64,000 nucleotides of DNA from Tubulanus polymorphus (taxonomy: Eukaryota > Animalia > Nemertea): contig NC_134034.1 of the NCBI RefSeq assembly GCF_964204645.1, forward strand, positions 11,358,962-11,422,961, in the 5' to 3' direction. Position 1 is the stretch's first letter. The number at the start of each line of letters is the position of its first letter. Below are positions 30,508 to 42,753 of the stretch, one piece after another. Under the pieces are notes generated by a model. The model did no database searches. It was not told the origin of the DNA and was given only the letters and a program-made list of their open reading frames with translations. The position numbers and the translations under genes are program-made.

Positions 30508-30716
30508 TGTTACGTCTGCCCGGGGAGTGAATGTTACGTCTGCTCGGGGAGTGAATGTTACGTCTGCCCGGGGAGTGGATGTTACGTCTGCCCGGGAGTG
30601 AATGTCACATCTGTGCGGGGAGTGGATGTTACCTCTGCCCGGGGAGTGAATGTCACATCTGTGCGGGGAGTGGATGTTACCTCTGCCCGGGGAGTGAATG
30701 TCACATCTGCCCGGGC
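30508..30716. repeat. 24-bp GC-rich minisatellite, ~9 copies
   Basis: Unit tgttacgtctgcccggggagtgaa and variants. Explains the repetitive ORFs 30379-30774 and 30481-30741. Confidence 0.9.
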
Positions 30717-31576
30717 AGTGTGTGTTAAATCTGGCCTCTAGATCGTGCGCAATCATTCCACAAAAAATAAACAAAGAAAGAATAAATGAAACGTCTAGAA
30801 ATGTGTGTAAATATATTCACAAACAATTTGTTTACGGTTTCGTGTACCTATTAATAATATAAAATAATGTGTGTTTATCTTAAAATTTGAAAAAAATTCC
30901 GACAAGTTTGTCGGCAACTTTCTGATATTATCATCACCCTCACTCGCTCGCCGTCGCGAAGAGGATTTCGGGGTCGCTTTCATTGGAGAAAGATAAAATG
31001 GCCGCCGCCTACAAATATCGACTATTATTATTATTATTATCATTATAATAATATGAATATATGTTGAAGAAATATCGTACAATAAACAAAATATTTAAAA
31101 AGATGATTTTAGTTTTTCTGGTTCTCCTAAGACCCTCCTCATTTCTACTGCATACTTGGCGTAATTGGAATTGGTTGGATAATTTCTGGAGCTCGCAGTT
31201 GATGCTTTGAATGTCACTCCTCCGCTGCTGGCTGACTAGATATATGATCTGGGACCAGTTTTGCAAAACGTTTCTTTGAAATAATCTGATTTTCAGTTCA
31301 TTTTAAAAGAAGTTAAGAACTGTGCATTACTTTTTAGCAGAACCGACCATGAATAGAAAATTAACATTTTCCACAAACAACCAACGCGGCAATGATAAAT
31401 CTAATGGCTTGAGTTTTATTTATAGAAATTTGACAAAAATGACCTTTAAATAAACTACACGCTTACAAACCAAACATTACCAACGAAAGCGGAGTCGGGT
31501 TTATCGGTCTCAAACAATTCATAATAAAATCCGATTTATTTTTTGTCGTCGTTTAATTACCATCGTGGGCGGAGTC

Positions 31577-33279
31577 TCAAGTTCGTTTGAAATCCGTCGC
31601 TGTTTCGGTTTGATCGACACCCGCCATCTCCAAAGACTCGTTCTTTTTCTGTTCAATGTTTCTAACGATTTCTCGTAGATGGTCGAGACGCGACGTGATC
31701 GTCATCGCCGGCAGTCTCCACGATTGAGTCGTATTACCGTACGGCGTGTACGACTTCTCGCCGTCTGCTCCCAAGAGTTCGCGTAGCGCCGCGTTCCGCA
31801 TCAGCAATTTCTCGTAATACTCGACTCCGCCGCGCGCGTACCCCTCGCCCAGTTCGGCGGCGCGTCGGTCCACGCGCCGGTCGCGTCGCACCGACACGGC
31901 GTCTTTCATCGATACGAATACGCCGTACCCGACGGCGAGGATCGTGCCGTACATGCAGAGTCGTAGCGCGAGCGAGCTGCGTTGAGGTAACGCCAAGAGC
32001 TGATTCAGAGCGTGTCCGCACCAGTACGTCGTTATTCCGAACAAACTTAGGAAAAACGTATTCGCGTAAACGTACAAACTCTCGAGATAACGAATCTCGC
32101 GCGCGATCGCGAATCGTTTCGCGTCGTCGCTGAATATGAGCGATTCGGCGAATCGACCGCCGGCCGACGTGTCCCATTTGACGGCGGTTCGTTCGCGACC
32201 GAGGCGGATGTTCTTGCGGTCGATTTGGTCGACGCTTGTGTACGCGAAATTCAACGGTAATCCTAACAACGATCCGGACTTGAAACCGATGGCACCCGCG
32301 TGGATCGGATCCTGCCCGTAGCAGACGTAAACTTTCATCAACGCCTCGCGTTCCGGTTTCAATAGGATTTTATCGTGAACCTGGAACGAAATTCGAAATT
32401 AAAAACCGAATCTGTATCGGAAAAAATTCATCTTAATGAAATCAGAATTATCGAATGGAGCCCTAGCACAAAACTGGGGGCATATGACTGAAATGGGGCC
32501 TGGGATCATACAATAAAACTGACAGGCCATGGGAAAAACTGGACCTCTACAGGGCTATGGGGCAAAACGGCCTGGAGCTTAACCCTTTCAGTGCGTCTAC
32601 ACCGCAGTGCGGTGTATAAATCGGTGATGGACATTGCTAGTACACCGCAACGCGGTGTATTGACGTAATTAGTAATTAGTTTAATTTCTAATGAAAGATG
32701 GCAGCACCTGTCAAACATAGTGAAATATTAGTAACTAACGATACACCGCTCTGCAGTGTAGACGCATTATAGCGGTATACCCATTATTCGACACACTGGG
32801 GCGCAATTTCTAGAAAATTTCAAATTATCTCCAGCACTTTGGGTGTTACTTAGTCAGCACTGAAAGGGTTAACAAGAGGTTGAGCCAGATCCAGGGGCAC
32901 ACTGGGACTTGGGCATCAAGGCCTTGGTTTGTTACGATAGGGTCAAACAGAGCCTGAACTGGGCCAGGGGGATAATTCGGGCTGGGTCCTGGGGCCAAAA
33001 TATCAAGTTTTGAACACCGCTTACGACGTGCCTCCCCCTAATCTGAACCCTACATCTGGATATTCCCCCCCAACCCAACCAAATTACCTGTTGGACTAAA
33101 TCCTTCGTATGATCGTCGAGTTTCGCCTCGAAACCGTTTGGATAAAGTTGAGAGAACGATTTGTAACGTTCGATCAATGCCGTGTGGGGTAAACAGTAAG
33201 CACAGCAGATACCGCACACACCGGCCCCGGCAAATAGCTGGATATACTTCTTATAGAATCTCACCGCCGCTGAATTCAT
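31577..33279 (-). CDS. TMEM177: Transmembrane protein 177 (mitochondrial inner membrane), 2 coding exons, 331 aa
   Basis: Exons 33279-33088 and 32380-31577 (996 nt, phase 0). Motifs DPIHAG, GLPLNFAY, ESLIFSDDAKRFAIAREI, DRRAAELGEGYARGGVEYYEKLLMRNAALRELLG.DGEKSYTPYGN are characteristic of TMEM177. Confidence 0.9.
32579..32872. mobile_element. piggyBac-type MITE, best-preserved copy
   Basis: TTAA-CCCTTTCAGTGC...GCACTGAAAGGG-TTAA: perfect 12-bp TIRs and TTAA duplication. Confidence 0.88.
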
Positions 33280-36200
33280 CTTTTTCGAAAATTCTTCCCG
33301 AGTTGAACCTGTTGTAAGAATCGAGAACAGATTAGTAAAAAGCTACCTTTTATGTATTGTAAAGGATTTAGAGGGCGATAGGAATAAGACAGATGTTTTG
33401 GTCACCATTTTTGCTAAATTTTACTTTTGTTTGCTTTACTTAAACAAAAGATACTTTGCCATTTAAGAGTCACTTAAACTGGATTCGCTAACATGATTTA
33501 GATTTTGTGTCTGAAATTGGGCGAAACATCAATTTTCATTGAATCCTATTTTCCGTATTGAATAAAATTAGATTGAATTTATCTTGGTTGTCATATCTTA
33601 CACGTCTATTTATCGAGAAAAGTGAGGTTTTCTGCTCACAAAATTATTAAAGAATCGTCTTACAATCAGGAGTAAAATTCGACAGTTTTCAGCAGATATG
33701 ATCGCTTTTAAACAGCAAATAAACCGTAATATATCGATGCCTTCCCACCCGAGCCGGCGTACGGGACTGTTGATACCGTCAAGTGCTGCCATCCAACTAC
33801 GGGTTCCTACTGCGGCACGCGAGTAATGGCATCTACTCGCGTGCCACAGTAGGAATAGTGCTCGTGTTAGATCTTGACTGTCATGTGCTGCTCCTAGAAA
33901 TAACATCGACGGTGATTTTGTGAACTAACTTCGATGATAGAAGTGACTCAGGATTTTGGGATTCTGCGGCCCCAAGAAATACATCCAGTACTCAGAAAAA
34001 CGATATTGGAGAGGAATGATATAGACACCCACTTCCAATTAGAAATAAAATGACCGTTCGCCCTCGAGGAAGGACACTTTCTCCCGATCTGACAAAATGA
34101 AATTGGACTTAAATATTCTATCTATTACATTGCGGCGGCAATCTAACTCGCTGAAGGTGTTATTTCGGCATCGAATCTTGATGTAGAATCTTGATGTCCA
34201 TCTAATGTGGTGGCCGTCATGCTCTATTCACTTGATAAACTTTTATACGATTTTCCTTATCAAGAAAATATCTCCCTTTCATCGAAAATAACACAATTTC
34301 CCACGCATGTGCCCTCGACGAGACGACATTCACGAAGATCTTTAAAACTCTTAGTCGATTTAATTTCTTCGATCAATTCAGTCAGTGTTCTTTAACCGAC
34401 TCCGATCAATGAAATTCGAATCCTTTCTTTGAAACCAAAAGGAATCTCTCTTTTGTAGCCCGGTTTTTTACAATGGGCTGGGGATTGAGACCGGATTTTA
34501 ATGTTGCCCTACGCTGAGGCTAATTATGTATCTCTATTTTGTGGAAGTTATATCATTGTTACTCTGACAATATTGATTGCGTTTGATGCATTCACATCGA
34601 TGTGCCAAACACAATCATGTTGTTGTTCATTGATAATTTTCGGTCGACGGTGGCAGATGATGTCAACGATCCGATAATAATTTCGAATGATCAAATTGAT
34701 TTCGTTCATATGGCTCCGCCAGTGTGAGACATTACATTTCGTCCAAGAAACAGTACAAAAAGTGCCAGAATGGCGATTACCAACAATGGTTTATTCAGAG
34801 CAGCAAAAGTTGATTTGTGTTGAATCCACGTATACCAATTTTTAGATACACCTTTGAATTTGTCTCAATACTCATTTAAAAGGCTTAATAGACAAATATT
34901 GGGGTCCCTCTACGTGACACAATTAGCCTATACTTTATTAAGATGTTTTAGAACTAAGATTGTTTCAAAAAGTATTAGACTTCTGATAAATCTAAGGAAG
35001 AATTGAAAATAATCAAACTTGAATTGTCCCAGATTTTTCAACTTCTGCAACCCGAATCAATTGGGAATGTTATATATGATTATGTTGATGATATTTTAAG
35101 TTCAAAAAATCTAATTGATACGTATTCTATGATACAACGATTTTAAGATTTTTTGTTCGAATTTTAAAAGTGATGATACGAATTGGGATTCGAGTTCGTT
35201 GTATCATATAAGCTTATACATATCGTTCGTTTTCTGATTTTGAATGCGGGCACCTGACTGTGGGTGGAATCCTGAGAGCACGACGTGGGCAGGCCGTACG
35301 CATCGGAGAACTTTAAAAACTTGACTCTGACGACATTAGTTGGCCTGATGATGAACTTATCGCTTTTAGGTTGTAGAATATTCGTAAATCTACCCCGTAT
35401 ATAACTTGAATACAAACGAATTTTACAGCTAAATGTTGATCGATACCATTTCCGCCGGAGTGTAAGATCTCTATCGCCGGCCCAATTCACAAACTGTTTG
35501 ACGGAATTGTTGTTGTCCTATACCCACCAGCGAGACAGCTGTTTTAATTTTCGACGATTCATCGGATAGCTCCAGATGAGGCGTTCGTCGTTCGAGTCGG
35601 TATAGTCTGGTTGGAAACTTTATCATACGAAACACGGTACAAAAACGGCGCGCTAAACGTAGGGCCAGATATATATGTTTAAGTAACTTATCGAATCGAA
35701 GCGAGCTGGACCCGCGCCGATATATATACAGACACGAAAACGTTAACTGGTTATCGTGAAAGGTAGGTGTTTTTTATCAATCGGTTTTAGAAGTAGGATT
35801 TATTACACAATGAAGAACGATTATACAATTTTGAGTTTATTATTCTGGGGCGGCCGCAGGAAAAGCCTACTGTGGTTAGGCATGAGTGCTGGAAAACGCT
35901 GTTAGCTAACAATATTGTCTTCGTGCGGCCTCTTGTTTTAAGCTGGTTAGCCTAGCCACGGAAAAGCCACTAACCACGGTTAGGCTAACAGGGTTTTCCG
36001 ACGTCCGCCCCTGAAGTTTTAGAAGATATCATCAGATTTACATTAACCTGTTCAATGCCGTTGTAATTTTTCAATTAACTAATTATCATTGCTTATAAAG
36101 TCTTTAGGACTTGTAGCATGTATCTGTAATGTATATGCATTGATGTTGATTAATATAGAATTGAATTGAAACTTTGTGGCTTCAGATAAATAAATCTTCA

Positions 36201-36742
36201 AATTCACATAATTCTAGTAAAATATTGTGGCTGGGTTGATTAGGGACATAAAATTCACCATCAAGATATGATTGTTATTTCGTGCCGTAAAAAATGATCG
36301 TCACAATTTTCTTTTGGTCACTTACCGGCGGCTACAAATGAAAATTATGTTCGATGTCCCTAATCAGCTACCTTACGCAAACTAATTAATAAATGACACT
36401 TCGAAACTTTTTTAAATCAAATATGAAAACATATGTTTTTAACGAACCTATTTGTCTTAATGGTTTTAACAAATTGATATCATTCGTACTGTTAATTAAT
36501 GTCGAGTATTTCACCAATGATTGCACATTTTTTATCTATTTTCTATAAATGTTATATAAAGTTCAGAGATTACCCTCTAGATATTGCGCTACTCAAGAAA
36601 ATAAATCATTATCAAATTATCATCATTATTATCATCAAAATTGATTTAACGGGTCATTATTACGTATTTATGTAAATGATTGTTTTCTCTCTTTTTTCTC
36701 TCTTTCTCAACAGAGGAATAACAAGAAAAAAAACAGTAACAA

Positions 36743-39328
36743 ATGAAGAAAGGTGTTTTACTGGCGTTCATTGCCTGCGCATTGGTCGCTACTGTTATCT
36801 ACCAAAGCGTCCGGTAAGAAGAATTTAATACTGATTCTAGCCAGTTCCACATTTGTCTGTGGATCTTACAGTTGCGCGGGTTTCATTCGATTATGGATCC
36901 AGTTCCACTGTTGTGTGGGTTTAAGTTGACTCTGGGCCCAGTTCCACATGCGTGTCAGTTTGACTGTGGATCCAGTTCCACAGTTGTGTGGATTTAATTT
37001 GACACTGGGTCCAGTTCCACAGTTGCGTGGCTTTAATTTGTCTCTGAACCCAGTTCTAACGATTTTGTTTGAAATCAAAAATTTCAAGACAGCTGATACA
37101 AGAAGTATATATACAATATACTTTATAAACAATTCATTTGTATGCCTAGTGTTTTTTTAATGAAAGTTTCAAAACTATTTCTAAAACATATTTACAAAAT
37201 ATTATATTCAAGAACTGGAATATCTACTTATTTCAGAAAGTCTTCCACGTCAGATGAGTCGGTACCAATACGTGAGCAGCATGTACTCGCCAGACGAGCA
37301 ATGATAAATCGTACGTATTTGAATATTCAAATAGCTCATTTGAATATGGAAATTATGTTTACGTGAACATCTGTACCATTTTTGTTTCTGATTGATTCGT
37401 AGTATTCCTTGGCTATAGAACTTAGACCGGTCTTAGACTGGTCTTCAGTTGTTAGATTGGCTATAGAACTAAAACGAGCTTAGATTGGTCTTAAGTTTTT
37501 AGATTGGCTTCAAAATCAAATAGAGTTTAGACTGGTTTTAAGTCGTTAGATTGGCTATATAACCGAAATGACCTTGACTGGTATTAACTTATTAGACTGG
37601 CTATCGAACTAAGATGGTCTTAGATATAACAAGCTTCGGTATTAATATGTAGGTTTGACTATAGAACCAAAATTGTCTTAGTCTGGTCTTTAATCTAAAT
37701 AAACTTTTATAGTGTCCAGCTAGGCCCTGGTTATCATAAAACCTAAACAATACATAGGCCTACATTTCCGCTAATGCTATCAGGAAATGTAACTTAAAGA
37801 TTTTTACACAAAAACTATAATCTGAATACAAATTTCGGCTGTTTTCTGTTTGTTTTTAGAGGTTGATTGTTCGGCTATTGATCCGCCTGAAAATGGTGAA
37901 ATAAACTGTGATGGTGATTCCAGTTTTGGGTACGTATCGACGAAACGCAAGGTGACAATTATTGTGATGACAATCATGAGTATTATGATAATAACACGCG
38001 GAATTTACAAAGAAAACTTGACACGATATTTCGGTCGGTGGAAGTATGTAGTGAGAAGTAGAAAGTGTCTCTGAAATGTCTGAAAAGCTATGATTGTTTT
38101 TCGCAACACTGAGTTTCGGTGACCGAGCAATTAATACGCATCAAAGCGGACCTTTCACTAAAACCAGCCTGGTGATGCTACAGTCTGCGAGGCTGGTCGC
38201 AGTAATGATTTGACTGGAATCTGAACTTTGAACTGACCACCTATTGGTCATCAGTTCACCACCTATTGATCCACAGTTCCACAGTTGTGAATTAAGATTT
38301 GACACGGGGTTGAGTCATTGAAAATGAATTAGAACAAATTTTAGCTCAGAGCTTAATCCACCTCGCAACAGTTACAAAAACAACAGCAACAAGTGGATAC
38401 TTGACATTGTGATGATTACAGGGGCGGAGGGGTGCACCCCCCAAAATACCAGGGCATATCCTATAATCAAAAGGGCACTCCGAAAAAAACTCATCGGAAA
38501 AAATAAAATCATTTGTGGAAATACGGAGAATATGTTTATTTATTTAAACGTTTTTTTTTGTATCAGTTAAATGTATTTCATTTTGCTTTTAAATTCTGGG
38601 CAAGTTGATACCTTTAGGGCAGTCGCACTCCCAGCACCCTGCCATTGAATTCGTCCCTGAGTTAAAAGTCTATTGTGACCGCGGAATTCGTCGGACAGTT
38701 ATCTTTAACCGAATTTTCTACAACTGATCCCTGTTTGATAAAGCCATTTATGGATGCATTAAAGCTTGGTATTTTTTTTAACACATTTTATCGAATTTGA
38801 ATTTTTCATTAACAATCGGACTTTTAAATCGAAAATTTACTGATATGATATTTTTGTAAGTCTAGATTAAAGCGCTGGAATGCTGTTATTTATACTTACC
38901 GCTTAGATATAATTTCTACCGTAAAGGAAAGAAAAACATATTTTTCAATTTCAATTTGATTGTGATTTTCTCTCGTTTTCAGGACCTGCACAATTTCGTG
39001 TTTAGCAAATTATCAATTCGCCGACGGAAGTCGTACCGTGACAGAAACTTGTTCTTCCGGTTTGGAATTCGCCGTTCCTGAATGCCAAAGTAAATACTTT
39101 TTTTAGAATAACTATTGTTTTTGTCGGCCATAGAGTTCGTGGTTCGAATCCCTAAAACAGTGTCGTCTGGGGAATAAACGATACCGGCTCTAGTGCGTTA
39201 TCAGTTCCATCAATTCTACAAGAATGATGTTGTATTTTTTTCAGGCATTTTCAAGGATAATCCGGAAATCGAAGCCGGTTCATCACAAGCCATTTTGGCC
39301 AGTTGGTCGAACCCAACATTTGCAGCAG
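36743..39328 (+). CDS. 5' part of a secreted/extracellular protein gene: signal peptide or anchor, dibasic site, sushi(CCP)-like domain
   Basis: Exons 36743-36813, 37237-37310, 37860-37929, 38983-39089, 39245-39328, all phase-consistent. Translation: MKKGVLLAFIACALVATVIYQSVRKSSTSDESVPIREQHVLARRAMINQVDCSAIDPPENGEINCDGDSSFGTCTISCLANYQFADGSRTVTETCSSGLEFAVPECQSIFKDNPEIEAGSSQAILASWSNPTFAA. Ends at the phase-1 donor GCA G|GTAGG. Probable non-coding first exon ends at 35762, after a TATA-like element at ~35720. Confidence 0.8.
36840..37055. repeat. ~37-39 bp tandem repeat (ggatccagttccacagttgtg...)
   Basis: 5-6 copies. The same motif is tandemly repeated at ~10125-10275 and forms MITE ends elsewhere (e.g. 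~26010-26120). Confidence 0.75.
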
Positions 39329-40248
39329 GTAGGGCCGCACCTCCAACCCCCCCCCCCCCTAACGCATACACACACATGTAGTACGTCCTTTAACTTAAAC
39401 GACTGAAAACCGTCAGGCAGTTTTCATAACGGAAAAGGTTCGATATAGATTGTTCTGGATAAAGCGATAGGTTAATTCTAATCATAAGATAAGATTTTAG
39501 AAAATTAATACCTCACTAATCCGCGCTCAAATTCACAAGACCAAAACACCCATGTCGCATACGAATATAGTCATCCCCACTCGATTGAAAATATATATAT
39601 ACATAAGTATAAAAGGTAGATTTTGATATGACGCATTTGCGATCGTGCAATTTTCGAAATATTTCGAAATATGTACTTTATATTCTACTTCTTTATACGT
39701 TTGGGTGTCATCAACTTGTGTAAAATCGGGTGATTACCGTCTAGTACCGAGCTGCAGAGTAACTACGGGGTGTGTTTGTATGACGCATTTGCGATCGTGC
39801 AATTTTAGAAATATTTCGAAATATATACTTTATATTCTACTTCTTCATACGTTTGGGCGTCACCAACTTGTGTAAAACCGGGTGATTACCGTCTAGTACC
39901 GAGCTGCAGAGTAACTACGGGGTGTGTTTATCCAGAGAACTGTGAATCGGTCGACAGGAGCTCCCCGAATAGTTTCAACTGATCTCTATCAACCTGGAGA
40001 GCTAGTGAATCGAGAATGTTTCATGAAGTTCTCCGATCTTCCAGTGAATTGATTAAAACCACGCATACGACGAAAACCATTTGATGCACAAGAGCGGAAT
40101 TTGTGACCTGTTGTCTCATCTTGCTGACAGTTCACGACTTAATTTGTCATTTTGACACCGTTTACTAAATCCCTCGACTGGACCTTGGATTATCATAGTA
40201 AGATTCTGCACATTATTTGGACTTGTGAGGTGTTTTAGTTCGGCAGAT

Positions 40249-41250
40249 ATGAATACATCATCAATTACGTCGACGATCAATCCTCTGCGAGGTTGTAAGA
40301 TAAATGTCTCAACAGAATCTAATATGATTTATGAGACAATCATAGGTTTTCCAATACAGTTTATCGGGTTCATTTTGAATGTTATTTGTTATTGTGTATT
40401 AAGGAAATTTCCGTTTAATTCTGGTTACTATGTTCTACAAATGCTCGCTGTCGCGGACGCTTTATTTCTTTTGATATCGATGCCGATGCTCAGCGTCGGG
40501 CTGCTATGGGGTTATCTACGTTTTGGGGAGTATTATAAGTATGAGGGAATGAATCGATATCTTCCAGAAATCGACGTCATACTTATCCCGTTGAAAGATA
40601 CTGTGATGATGATCAGGAATTGGTTGGTGGTAATGCTCAGTCTTGAGCGTCTCATCGCTATTTATTTCCCGTTAAAATCCGGACTCTGGCTCACCAAGAC
40701 ATACATACGTCGTCTTACTTTTGCGCTCTACGTCATCATTATCTGTGGCAACTACCACCAATTTGTTGTGAAAAAAATTGAACAGAGGCCAACATGTCAC
40801 TACATCTATTTACAGTGGCCCAGCAATTATACCTATGGTACCACGCTAATGTTGGGGACAGTTAAGATAATGTCATTAATAATATTCGTATTTCTATTTC
40901 CATTTTTGGCACTGGTTGCCATAAATCTGATCATCCTGGTTTTCATGATAAGGTATCTTAAAAGACAAAGTCGCTCAGACTCGGCAGATAGCAAAGACAG
41001 CTCCCAGTCTATAGTGAAAGCAACTAGAACAATCGGTTTGGTTGTTTTAGCTTTCTTCTTATTCGAGACGCCATCCGCCACATTGCAGGTACGTTACATT
41101 GTTTATTTGCTTCAAGGTTGGGACGCGGCACCCATATCTGACGAGCGTTTGTACGGACTGTTACTGAGTCAAATCGACTCGTTCGTCAATTTCTTCATCT
41201 ATTTCATCGTCAACAAAAAATTTCGAACAGCTTTAACAAAGTGTAAATAG
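40249..41250 (+). CDS. Class A (rhodopsin-like) orphan GPCR, peptide/FMRFamide-receptor-like, copy 1 (333 aa)
   Basis: Seven hydrophobic segments. GFILN (TM1), LAVAD (TM2), ERLIAIYFPLKS (TM3), FETP (TM6), NFFIY and NKKFR (TM7/helix 8). N-glycosylation sites in the N-terminus. True ATG at 40249. Confidence 0.93.
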   Translation: MNTSSITSTINPLRGCKINVSTESNMIYETIIGFPIQFIGFILNVICYCVLRKFPFNSGYYVLQMLAVADALFLLISMPMLSVGLLWGYLRFGEYYKYEGMNRYLPEIDVILIPLKDTVMMIRNWLVVMLSLERLIAIYFPLKSGLWLTKTYIRRLTFALYVIIICGNYHQFVVKKIEQRPTCHYIYLQWPSNYTYGTTLMLGTVKIMSLIIFVFLFPFLALVAINLIILVFMIRYLKRQSRSDSADSKDSSQSIVKATRTIGLVVLAFFLFETPSATLQVRYIVYLLQGWDAAPISDERLYGLLLSQIDSFVNFFIYFIVNKKFRTALTKCK

Positions 41251-42753
41251 AGTCTGGGACAGTGTTAGAATCATGATCCGCCGCATCAATCTGCAGGCTC
41301 TACAGAAACACCAGACATTCGATGACATTTTATAGGCAAACTTTCTAAAACTAAGCGTCCATACTTCGCATGTGTTCAGGACATCATATGAGACATTTTG
41401 AAAATGAACTACAAACACCAGACACTGGACATGAATATATACCTCATGCACAGCGAACTTCTTTCTTTTTTTCTGTTCAAATGTAGCCAAATAATAAAAC
41501 TTTTCTAAAGAATAACAGAAACAAATCAGATACTAGATATTTTGATATACAGTGGCTTCATTCCGTATGTAGATTTTCAACGTAGTATTTTACAATCGAC
41601 TTATTATGTATTTATGGAATGACATTGACATTAGTCGTGGAATCCAATAATGAAATAGGTTGTATCTTCATTATACAATACTGGAATGTGATGTCTTTAG
41701 TAGACGATCTCTTTTTGATGAATGCTTTAAAGATTGAATGTTTGCAGATGTCTGACTGAGGTTGCTTTTTGGAGCCGTAGATCGAGTGTTGCTAATGGAC
41801 GAATTAGTAGGAACCATCGAACACCGATCTGGACACCAATAGAGTCTTTAGTGAATTTAATTTAGATGATTGCAAAGCGTCGGGCAATTTTCATAATGGG
41901 AAATGGTCGATATAGTGGAATAATGGTTGACCCGGCCGGCCACCTATCTACCCTGTACATTTTTAAATCATGACCAGGCTTTCGAAATCAGACCCGGTAG
42001 TTATAGAAATGAACTGATTATCAATTTTATTGAACTATAACCCAACAAGGTATCATTTCTCTTCGGCCTAATGATTGATAATGATAATGGTAATTGATTT
42101 ATTCATTTATATATTTATATTGCGTCGAACTGTGAACTAATCTGCGCGCGGTTTATTTCGCGAGAATAAGATACAGCACATACAGATATAGTCATCCGCA
42201 CACGAGTGAAAATATATATATATATACGTCTTCAAAAGTAGATTTTGAGGTGACGCATTTTCGATCGTGCAATTTTAGAAATATTTCGAAATATACGCTT
42301 GATTTTCTACTTGGTGAACGTTTGAATTTGTGGGCGTCGCCGACTTGTGTGAAATCAGGTGATTATCGTTTAGAATCTACAGAGTGACGACAGGGTGTGT
42401 CTATCCAGAGAACTGTGAGTCGGTCGACAGGAGCTCCCCGGATAGTTCCGGCTGATCTCTATCAACCTGGAGAGCTACAGAATCGAGAATGTTTCATGAA
42501 GTTCTCCGATCTTTCAGTGAATTGATTAAAACGACGCATACGTTAAACACTATTTTGATGCACAAAGCGGAATTTGTGACCTGTTGTCTCATCACGCTGA
42601 CAGTTCACGGGTGTCCAAGGCCTGAGCTAAAATCAGCCACGCTCGATTTATCATTTTGACACCCTTTACTTACTCCCTCGACTGGACCCTGGAATATCAT
42701 ATATCAATATCTGCACACTATTTAGACTTCTGAGGTATTTCTGTTCGGCAGAT

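Noticed and set aside
30379-30774. Repetitive Cys/His-rich ORFs
   Set aside because: Translations of a 24-bp minisatellite, with no supporting gene structure.
39651-39670. Heat-shock element in the GPCR spacer palindrome tttcgaaatatttcgaaa
   Set aside because: The GAA/TTC spacing does not fit the nGAAn inverted pentamer array.
40225-40248. N-terminal extension MRCFSSAD on GPCR copy 1
   Set aside because: It starts at GTG in the ORF track. Alignment with the other copies places the ATG at 40249.
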